Part shown: positions 53,301-64,000 of the stretch, piece by piece
How positions within the stretch are numbered: the first letter of the stretch is position 1
Layout: each line of letters begins with the position of its first letter
DNA from: Hydrurus foetidus
Lineage: Eukaryota
Assembly: GCA_900617105.1 (NCBI GenBank)
Contig: UYFQ01000836.1
Location: forward strand, 1-64,000
Length of the DNA: 64,000 nt
Direction: 5' to 3'
Notes under the pieces: model-generated
Database searches by the model: none
What the model was told of the DNA's origin: nothing
What the model saw: only the letters and a program-made list of their open reading frames with translations
Translations under genes and position numbers: made by a program

Positions 53301-54066
53301 CAGCAAGCATCTGCACCATCTCTCCCTGACAGTAGTAAGGATCGTAGATAATCAATTCTGATGGAGCTTTTCCGAGTTGTTCTGCCAGCGTTAGGAACAT
53401 TGGAAGGATGTCCACGTACGCAACAGAAGGAGTTTCGAAATGATCATTATAATCAACTGCAAAGTTCCAAATGTCTTTTGATTCTTTCCCACTGCTCTTC
53501 ACGTATTCTCTTTCTGCAGTATCTTTCTTTGAATTCTCCTTTTTAACTTCTTTCTTCGCAGGAAGAATTTTCGGTTTTGTTTTTTGGTTTACGGAGTCTT
53601 TGAGAATAGCAATAGGTGCTACTCGATCTTTGGAATTGCTACTCTCTTTCTGATCCACGTCAGCACCAACATCGCCTGTCGGTGCGATTTTGCTTTTTTT
53701 GTCTTTTTTCGTAGTCAGGTTATCTTTTGGTACTACTTCAGCAGCGACGTCTGGATTCGATTCAGAACACTCTCTCACAAGAGCGGCCAACTCAGCCATC
53801 AGGTCGGAATCCATTTCTGACTCTTGGTCACCTGATGTAACAACGTCGGCTATCAGATCATCATCAGAGCTTTCACGAGGCGTCCGTAAACGTTTCGCTT
53901 TTTTAGGGACTGTCACTGTCAATGCCGCAGGAGCTTTGTTGATAGTCAGTATCCCTGCCGTCATTGAGGGTTTCTCTGCCTCTGCATTGCAATTTGATCC
54001 GAGCTCTTTTAAGGCGGCCTTCTTCTTCAATCGACGCTTTTGTTTGCTGGTCAACTCGACTTCCAT
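50345..54066 (-). CDS. Predicted NPPY-motif amino-methyltransferase (N6-adenine/Dam-like)
   Basis: DHFETP, IYDPYYCQG (SAM-binding motif I-like), NRNRDFY, ILVTNPPYS (motif IV), KPFALLLP, PPFFSSWF over five exons; basic N- and C-terminal tails. Confidence 0.75.
52547..52790. repeat. Intronic (GAATA)n microsatellite
   Basis: Direct reading. Confidence 0.95.
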
Positions 54067-55151
54067 CTTCTCAGTTGGCCGAGTAAGTTATGTAAACTTT
54101 GCGACAAGAGTAAGGAGATTTTTCTCAGCGTGAATCAAGGAATTTCTGTATTCGCGAAGCAAACTGGTCCGGCACCTGGCTCAGTTTCAATCTCAAAGCT
54201 GCTGAATTGTGCTCCTGCAATCTGAAAGCTGGTAGATCGAGATGGAAATTGATGCACAATGAGAGGACATGGTGGACAGCGGTATAGGTTTGATAAGCCC
54301 GGATTCGACCGTTCCCTCTGGTGCAAATTGTGGAACTCCGTTTCCGAACTGTACCTAACTGCAAGCTAGCGTAACATTTCATCATTGATTTTAAGGAATG
54401 CATCTTTGAATTTAGCGACTGAATGAACATTGCATATCTTGAAAGAAATGGCATGAAATTTTATTGTAAATTATGAAGTAGATATTCAATTTCAGCACTG
54501 TAATGTACTGTGTGCATGTGACTTCATATTGTGCACATTATGCTCGCTGATGGTTATGAAATATTTCAAGTCAGAAAATGAGAACATATTCGAATTCAAA
54601 ACTTAAATTTTAGTTTACATTGTAGCCCATCGCCGTAGAATGTCTTGATATATCTTCAATTATTCTCGAATTCTCTCGGCGTTAAGGTCTAACGCCATTA
54701 GAAACTATAAAATGCCTCAATTTGGACAGCAATTATCTGCGATTGGTAGTTGTTCTTCATCTTGTTCATCCACATTAAGTGTCACTCCCGCATTTCTGCA
54801 GCTGGGAGAAATGTACGGGTGCCGTACCTTCACAATGGATTTTTGAATTTGAAAACTCCTGTAATATAAACGAAATCAAATGCTGGAGAATATGAGACTC
54901 ATGCCATGTGATGTGCTAATTGACAGCTCAAGCTGAGTCTGTAATACCTTCCAATCTTCTCTGCTCTCCTAATAATCATAAGGATAACGGATCGCTATTT
55001 CTGTTCTGTTGTATATATGGAATCACCCGAAGATATTACCACCATTTGGTATTCGGCATAATACCTCTACGTGCAGCTTTTTGATCCGAACTGGACAGTC
55101 TCACGGTTCCAACATCGATATCAGGCCATAGCCAGCGGCTTGCTGTAGAAA

Positions 55152-58099
55152 ATGCGAAGATCGCTAGCACCCTCTCAGAAGAACGTCGTGAAACCAGCTG
55201 ATGGACAGCAGAGAAGACATACCATCGGTGGATGTATGAGCTCTAATCGCCCATGTAGAAGCAGCGCACAGCCGAAAGAAGGCGATGACTTGCTCATCGG
55301 AAGGATGCCTTTGTTTGATTTCTTGGAGATTCCCGATTCAATCAATAAGCAGTTCCGGCTGCCTCAAGGATGCGTTGTTACAAAGGAGTAAGTCATGCTG
55401 TCAGTGAATACTACTTTCTGCATTGGCTTATGAGACTGGACTGGGTGACTACAGAACAAATCTTTACATACTTGAGTTCTACTAAGTGATGATGAGTAAA
55501 TCTTGACAGAAAACGCTGCTGTCCTCTCTAATTGCTGAGAGAATGAGCTGTATTTATCGATTGTGAAATCTGTTCTATGAAGTATAGATTGTTATTATCA
55601 TCAGCAACTCATGTGTTCTGGTACTCTTTCCTTCAATCGTCTTCTCTCTCGGTTATGCTTTCCTCATTAGAATGCAAAACTTGTCAGTCACTTACAAATT
55701 TTCTGTATTTTTTGCTTTTTTTAATAATCAGTATTCAAATTGACTGCCATCTTAGACAATCATGAATTCTAAGGAACATTTGCATATCCTATTGAGTACT
55801 TGTTCTCTAAGATTTCACTATGCTACATCAGCTTCTTTTCGGAATAAAACTGTTTTAAATATCTTTTTTTGTCATACTTTTCTGTATAGTTCCGCCTCAT
55901 ATTGCAGTAAATAATACTATTTTACGTTACCTGACACCTCATCATTCAATGTTCCACTTCGCTGCATTACTCTTTGCTGAGCAATGTTACACCACAGTGC
56001 ACTAGAGTATACTAAAGCACGATAAAATGAAATGTATTACACTAAACTATACTATGCCAATTGTCATGCGCAGTCTAATACAACGCAATACTATACTATT
56101 CTGCACTATATTATGCTATTCTGCACTATATTATACTATACTATACTATACTATACTATACTATATTATACTATACTATACTATACTATACTATACTATA
56201 CTATACTATACTATACTATACTATACTATATACTATACTATACTATACTATATTATACTATACTATACTATACTATACTATACTATACTATACTATACTA
56301 TACTATACTATACTATACTATGCTATGCTATACTATACTATACTATATACTATACTATACTATACTATACTATACTATACTATACTATACTATACTATAC
56401 TATACTATACTATACTATACTATACTATACTATACTATGCTATGCTATACTATACTATACTATACTATACTCTGCCATACCATACTATACTCTGCTAGAG
56501 TATACTATAGTATACTGCGCTATGCTATACTGCACTTTATCATACTATACTATGTTGTATCATCCTACACTGTACTATAATATTACACTGTGATGTACGA
56601 TATTGTACTATCTTATTCTATACAACGCCATACCGTGGTATGCTATGCTGTACCACACTATACCATACCATACTATACCATGCTATGCTGCACTGCGACA
56701 GTCTGCGATAAAGCGTGGAAAACGCTTTTTATGTACTGAATTACTTCTTGAAGCGCTCAGTAGAGGCGCATCTCATTTATTTTGTATGAATGCACTTCTT
56801 TACCGCTACCTGTAGAGATGTATCATTATTGATTATTTTTAATTATTTTATTATACTCTCTGCTGGTGGTGAAGCAACAGATTCTTATCTGTATTACGCA
56901 CCTACCTCTCCGTAAATCTCACTCTCTGCTTTTTCACGTTCTATTTCTTTCTCTCACCTAAACTCGAGCATATCACTGATGCACAACTCCTCTTCCCCGA
57001 CATTCTTAGTTTCCTTCCTCTTCTCATGTCCCTCCACTTCTTTCCTATTTCATCTCCTATCTCACACCCTTCTTATCCGTATTCCTCGTCTCCTTCCCCT
57101 CCCCCCTCTTTTCTTCTTCTCATCTTTCTTCCTTTTATTTTCTTTAATCTTCTATTCTTCCCATCTTTTACCCAAGGGGATTAGCTATGAGAAAAACAAA
57201 GACCATAGGGGGCAACCGGGGGTTCGTCCCGTACCGGCCGGGTTGTTACACCCCCTTTGTCCCCAATACCGGACTGACTGCTGAAGTGGAGGGAGGAGAC
57301 GAGGAGGGTGAGTGACGCAAAGGCAGTTGATGACTGTAATTTCTTCTACCCTTTATTACAGGAAATGAGTGTGCTGCAATATTGTTGGAGCAAGTTGTAA
57401 TCGCCAATTATTTATACTTGTTGAACACGGTATTTGTGAAGTATCTGTGAAGCAATTTATGACGTGTTTTTTGTATTACCGATCATGATGGTGAGGAGGG
57501 AGTGAGGATATCTGCTTTCTTAATCGGTATAGTTGACAGTGACTGTCGGTGTTAGCGTTCCTCCCATTACAGGAAATGAGTGTGCTGCCATATTGTTGGA
57601 GCAAGTTGTAATATCAAACTCAAACAAATTATACTTGTTGAATATGGTATTAGTGGGAGAATCTACGATGTACTTTGTGCATTCGTGATCATGATGAGCA
57701 GTCGGTTGATGTCTGTCTTTGTTAGCGTCCCATCTGTTATAGTGGAGAGTGTGCTGCGATAGTACCGCAGCAATTTAATTTCCATCTCAGATACAACAAA
57801 TCAATTTAGTAATGAGTTAACAAAAATGATTCCCACTGTGATCAAATTTATCTTTAATGCCAACAGAAAATACTTCCTTGTAAAAATTGTGGTAGAGCTG
57901 CACGATAACACTCGCTCATAACTCTGTAAAACCTCGCACATGAAACAAACGCATTGTGCTTTCTTACTGACCTGCTCGACAAACACTCATACGTCACACA
58001 CACACACACACACGCACACACGCAGACTAACATAACACACACACCACACACTCTCTTAACACACACACACATACATACTCTCTCTCTCTCACTCTCTCA

Positions 58100-58130
<31 letters not shown>

Positions 58131-58168
58131 GCACACTAACATAACACACACACACTCTCTCTCTCACT

Positions 58169-58238
<70 letters not shown>

Positions 58239-61200
58239 ATGCACATGCACACACTAACACATAAGCAAACATTACATCAGGCGATATGGAATGCCTACCC
58301 ACTACAACCCTCCCTCCTTTCGAGCCCCTCGTGCTTTGGTCCGACCCCGATTTCGTCCCTAACCCAGAGGGAACAGAGGAGGCCCATAAAGTGGAGGTAT
58401 GTTTGTGTGGATGAGTGTGTTGTGATGGTGTTTGAAAGGGGAAGGTTGATGGAGGGATGAGGGATAGGATGATGTATATCTGCATGGACGTGTTATGACT
58501 AGCTGTTACTGATCTATATCTTACAATAATTCATTTATCAACAGCTTACACTTTCTTTCTTTATTATGTATTCTTTTTTTTCACTCTTTTCCATTTCTCT
58601 TTCTTAATAACTTTTTTCTTTCTGCCATTTTTTTCTCGTTTCTTTCTTCCCCTCACTTCCGTATGAACCTCATTTTTTTCAATTTTCGTTTTTCCTTACC
58701 GTTTAATCCTTCCACTGTCGCAACGTTTCCTCATCAGGTGATAGCTTCACTCGCTTCTAAACTTAGACCGCATCAAAGGGAAGGAGTACAGTTCTTATTC
58801 GACTGTACTATGGGCATGAAAGGATTTGAAGGCGAAGGATGCATCTTAGCTGATGACATGGGGCTCGGTGAGTGAGTGGGACTGATCTTCTTGAAGTAGA
58901 CTCAGATCCTCCAGTAGACTACTTCCTATCTTATATACCCTCCCCTGTTCCAATGATCCCTGTCTCACATCCTCACCTCACTCCCTCTTACCCCCTGTCC
59001 CTTCTTTTCCCCTAAACCCTAACTCCATCTCCCTTCCCATGTCCCCTCACCCTGACCCCCTCTCCTCCCCCCATGCCCCCTCTCGCTAAATTTTGCTCCC
59101 TATTATCCCCTATCCCCATTACCCCAACAGGCAAGACCCTCATGAGCATCACCATAATGTGGACCCTTCTAAATCAGGGCAAAGTAAAGGGGGTTCCCGC
59201 TGTGAAGAAAGTCGTTGTTGCGTGTCCCACATCCTTAGTGGGTAAGTACGAGCGTGTGTATGTGTGAGTGTACGTGTGTAAGTGAGTGAGGGAGTGAGGG
59301 AGCGAGTGTATGTGTTTGCTTGCTTGTGTGTTGGTGTGAGGCTTGTCGGTCTTGGTTTGTTGATCAGCTGCGCATGACTGCTCTAATTGCATGTCCTCTT
59401 ATTCCCTTATTACCTCCTCTTCTTTTGCTGAAATGACCTTTGCTTACATCACCTTCGCTCATATTACCCTAACTCACATCTCTGCACTCATACCCTCACT
59501 TACACCACCTATATTTACCTCAATTTTCATTCACTTCAATTTTTACTCGTACCCTCAATCATCCCATCACAGTTACCCACAGTTATACCACTACTCATAC
59601 CACCACTCCTATTTATTACAGGTAATTGGGATAATGAAATCAGACGATGGGTGGGCGATGGATGTCCCACATTCGCAGTCAAAAGCACCGACCCGAAGAA
59701 AACTATACGGAACTTCGTGCAGGTGATTTTGAAGTGTTTTATTGGATGTGAGAGATGTGAAGGTGTTATGTCGATGGGTGTATGGGTTTGATAGGATGGT
59801 GTGGAGTGTACAGATAGTGTGTACAGTTATCAGTACGGTACAGATAGTGTGTACAGTTATCAGTACGGTACAGATAGTGTGTACAGTTACCAGTACGGTA
59901 CAGATAGTGTGTACAGTTATCAGTATGGTACAGATAGTGTGTACAGTTAGCAGTACGGTACAGATAGTGTGTACAGTTACCAGTACGGTACAGATAGTGT
60001 GTACAGTTAGCAGTACGGTACAGATAGTGTGTACAGTTATCAGTACGGTACAGATAGTGTGTACAGTTAGCAGTACGGTACAGATAGTGTGTACAGTTAT
60101 CAGTTCGGTAGAGTTTCTGTGTGTGGATTGTCGTGCATAGGGGGTGGGTCCAGATTAAAGGTGGAACAGCAAATGATGACGTCCCTCGAGGAATACATCA
60201 TCCACTATCATATCCTATTCCCTCAGATATTATCGTGTCTAACCTTCTCAAATCTAATTTTATCAAATCTAATCTTGTGTGCATCCTAATATATCCTATT
60301 TTCTTTAATTAATTTTAATTTGCTCCTACATTCTTTCCTGTCGCAGCATCGCGGGAAAGGCGTACTGATAATATCATACGAGACGCAAAGAAGATATTCG
60401 AAGATGTTCGAACCAGCCAAGATGAACCCAACGTCATCCTGCGATTTGTTGATATGCGATGAGGTAAGGCATAGTGAAGTGCAGTGTTTTGTTGTACAGT
60501 GCAGTGTTTTGTGGTGTAGTGTAGTGCAATTTAGTGTAGTGTAGTGTATGTAGTGTAGTGTAGTGTCATGTAGTGTAGTGTATTGTAGTGTAGTGTAGTG
60601 TAGTGTAGTGTAGTGTAGTGTAGTGTAGTGTAGTGTAGTGTAGTGTACTGCGTTGTAAGGTGCAGTTGATGTGATGCAGTGTGGTGTGGTGTGATGTGGT
60701 TTTGTGGTGTAGGGTGGTGTGTGCGCTCTATGGTTTCGACGAGATGTCGGTGCGATGGTGAGTCTTTACATCGATGCTTTGTGATACAGTGCAATGTAGT
60801 ATAATGAGGTGAGGTATGGTGTGGTGCCGCGTGATACTGAGAGTGTTGTTGTGAATTGTGAATAGTAGATGATTATTATTGACTGGTGTCGTATAGCTCT
60901 TCCACTCTTCATTCCTCTCTTGTTCTCTCACCATCACTTCTTCCTAGGCTCTTCCTCTTTCTTTCTCTTCCCCTCCTCCTCCTTTATCCTATTCTACCCC
61001 ACCCTATCCTTTCATCATTTTCCTCTCTTTTCCTGTCCTCTTTATTACCTCAACCGAATCTTTTCTCTTCCTTTATTCTCTCCCTTCTCACCCCCTCTAT
61101 CTCTTCCTCCGTACCCTCCCTTCTCAACCTCTCTCTCACGCTCAATACCCCCCGTCCCCGTCCCCACACGCTCAATATCCCAAGGCCCATAAGTTGAAAA

Positions 61201-64000
61201 ACGCCGAAGCCGGCCTTACGAAAGCTCTCAACGCTTTACCGGCCAAAAAGAGAATTCTGCTATCCGGTACTCCGATGCAGAACGAATTACGGGAATTTTT
61301 TAACATGGTAAGAAATATGATTAGGTAGCGTTTATCCTTAGTATGCATTTGACACAGAATATGTGTTTACAGAACGGTCAAATCGAATTTACTCAAGTGT
61401 TAGGTATGAGTTTTGACAAACATAAATTACAAATGATTAATAATATAATGTCAACTTCAAAACGTTTGCCTCTATTTCTATTTTTCATTCTATTTTTCAT
61501 TCTATTTTTCACTCTATTTTTACTCTCACTATCTTTCTACCCCTCATCTTATCCCTTCATGTTTCTTTCCTTAAGGTTTCGTTCTGTAACCCGGGTGTGT
61601 TGGGCACGCAACAAGAATTCAGAAAACGGTACGTACGGACTATCTTATTTATTCTTACAATTTCTCTTCGTCTTCATCAAGTGTAGCTTCGATTTCTTAT
61701 TTTATTTTGTTACTTAAAACATCACACGTGTCCTGAAATGTGCTTACACTCACCCCTCCCTCCCTCCCTCCCTTCCTTCCTCCCTCCCTCCCTTCCTTCC
61801 TCTCACTCTCCCCTCCTTCCATCACTCACCCCCTCCCTCCAACTCTTGCCTCTTTTTCTCGCTCACTTCATTACTCTGCCTCCTCCCTCCCTTCATTGTC
61901 TACATCACATCCTGCGCACCATCACGATCTCCCTAACGCACTCTTTCTGATTGTGTCACTCACTCGACCCATCTCTTTCTCCTCTTAATTGTCACTTTAG
62001 ATATGAACGTCCTATTCTTCTATCACGCGAGCCACACGCCACTCAAAAAGAAATAACAGACGCCACTAGACTGCAAAAAGAATTGTCAACTATAGTAAAT
62101 GAATTTATTTTGAAGAGAGGAAATACTCTTAATGCACAGCATCTCCCACCTAAATTGGTGAGTTACGTACCAGTCTTTCACAATGTGTAATCTTCGTTAG
62201 AATCTTGATGAGTGATATTTTGCGTTTTTTTATGTGCATTTCGATTATATTGTATGTATTTTATAAGCTAATTAATTTCTATGCCACTATGCCCCTGTAT
62301 AGTCATAGTGCAGTACGCCTTGATTCTACACGTCCCTTGATCTACGCTCTTCATATTCCTTCATATCTTCATCGGAGCTACTAGCCTCATCATGTCTGCA
62401 CAGTCGCATTCTTCATACTTCTTTCTTCCCCTCTTGTCTCCTTCTCTCCCTTCACTTCATCTTTATCTTTTTCTTCATCTTCAGATATCTTAATCACTGC
62501 TGTAACACTTCGCTTCTGTAAAACAACCCCACATACATTCTTCTTCGTCCTTTATTCTTCTAACTCATAATTTCGAATAGTGCTACACTCGACGTATCTA
62601 ATGCCTCCCTCATCTCTTTCTTCTTATATATTGCGATCTCCCTTTTTTCTTCTCATCTCGTCATCTCGCTCCCTCTTTTCTCTTCCTTCTCATCTGCTGT
62701 AATAATCTTTCTTTCTTTCTTTCTTTCTCCTCATCTCCGAAAATCTCCCTCTCATCTCTCCCTTGTAATCTCCTCTAACCACTGTACGGCTCAGGTTCAG
62801 TTCGTCTGCTGTCGCTTGACACCCTTACAGATTCAATTATACGATGCCATACTCAGTGGGAAGGAAATGAGGCACATTAGAGACGGCAAGCAAACGAACA
62901 CACTCAACTCCATCAGACAGCTGATCGGCATTTGCAGGTAGAGAAGTGTTGCACTGTAATGTCTAATGTAAAACATGGAGGATTCTATGAGTCAGATTTC
63001 TCTTTTGTATTGTTTTTGCCAAGCACTCCATACATTATTCCCTCTATCGATCTCACACATACTCCCGCCTTTTCTCTCTCTTTCTTTCTGTCTCTCTCCA
63101 TCTTCATCTGTGGGTTATTTTTTTTCTATTTCTCTCGGCACCGTTCTTTATTTTCTCTTCTCTTCATTTCTCTCCCTGTCCCTATTCTCTCTTTTTCCCT
63201 TCTCCTTGTCTCACTCCCCCTTTCTCTACACCACCATCCCCCACATTTCTCTTACTCTAATTGATTTGATACTGTCCCCCTTATTCCATCTAATCCTTTT
63301 CCTTCATTCCCTCACTCGCCCTCTCTACACCACAATCTCTTCCATCCCAGCCACCCTTTGCTTCTACTGGAGAGTTACCGCACGCGTTTCAATAGAGCAG
63401 AAGGCGCCAGTGACGATCCCGAACTAGCTGCTTTAGCATTACTGGTAGAGAGCAACTGTAAAATAGGAGGAGGGGGATCTAAGCTACCGACACACACAGC
63501 TAGTGTGAGGGGAGGGTTGAGGTGAGAGCTTGAATTGAGGGTGTGTTTACCTTCTATGTATTCTCTTTTTTTTATGTTAAGTGTTTATGGTGAGTGTTTG
63601 ATGCTGTATTGCGTGCGGATAAAGAGTGTTTATTATGTATGCATTGTGCTCTACCGCTCATAACTCTTCTTTAAGATAAAATTCTGCTATGGTTTTACTT
63701 TACACGCTCTCCAACAGTTTCTGCTACCTTCGACCGTTCCTAACGTTCTGAGTTCTGGGATCTGGTTTTTCAGTTTTCTCAGAAGTCGACTTCTGAAAAA
63801 GCGAAGATATGAGAAATTTGAAAAAACAGGACTCAGAATTCATATCGTTAGGAACAATCTTGCTATGATTTTGCCTCTCTTTGACAAATGGTATTCTGTT
63901 TTTTACCCTGATCATTTCTATTTCTCTCTTATTTCTCTTTTTCCCTTTTTCTCCTTTTCAGGATATCATCAACAGCAGCGGCACCCTCCACAACTTCAAC
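55152..64000 (+). CDS. RAD54: RAD54-family SNF2 DNA translocase, 3'-truncated by the window edge
   Basis: N-terminal [86 protein letters not shown]...HLPPKL. Confidence 0.93.
56090..56470. repeat. Intronic (TATAC)n microsatellite
   Basis: Direct reading. Confidence 0.95.
57354..57765. repeat. Diverged ~210 bp tandem duplication in a RAD54 intron
   Basis: ATTACAGGAAATGAGTGTGCTGC.ATATTGTTGGAGCAAGTTGTAAT at about 57355 and 57566, with shared ATACTTGTTGAA and GTTAGCGT downstream. Confidence 0.85.
59808..60110. repeat. 30 bp minisatellite, about 10 copies, intronic
   Basis: Unit GTACAGATAGTGTGTACAGTTA(T/C/G)CAGTACG repeated head to tail. Confidence 0.95.

Noticed and set aside
59808..60110. CRISPR-like 30 bp repeat array
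   Set aside because: Units are head-to-tail with no unique spacers, no cas genes are present, and it lies in a eukaryotic intron.

Overview
Eukaryotic, intron-rich nuclear DNA, most likely from a plastid-bearing stramenopile (ochrophyte; inferred from signal-peptide-plus-Phe plastid presequences and GT-AG introns). Most short ORFs in the track are artefacts of intronic microsatellites and purine/pyrimidine tracts. Genes read by eye: a decayed, spliced tyrosine-recombinase gene (Crypton-like), a coiled-coil hypothetical gene, an APE1/slr0575-like (DUF2854) gene, a DUF3727-like gene, a GT60-like GlcNAc transferase, a FAR1/MULE-type Zn-finger gene, a frameshifted bacterial-like secreted-protein pseudogene, an ABCG half-transporter with a degenerate ATPase domain, a DUF3253 gene, glycerate 3-kinase, an NPPY-motif methyltransferase and RAD54 (runs off the right edge). 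The best novelty candidate is the first 5.4 kb: the recombinase gene lies between imperfect inverted repeats, next to a TA-flanked 1.19 kb module whose ends are both direct and inverted repeats and which carries a tRNA-like Pol III promoter. Family assignments come from motif recognition only; exon boundaries are approximate.
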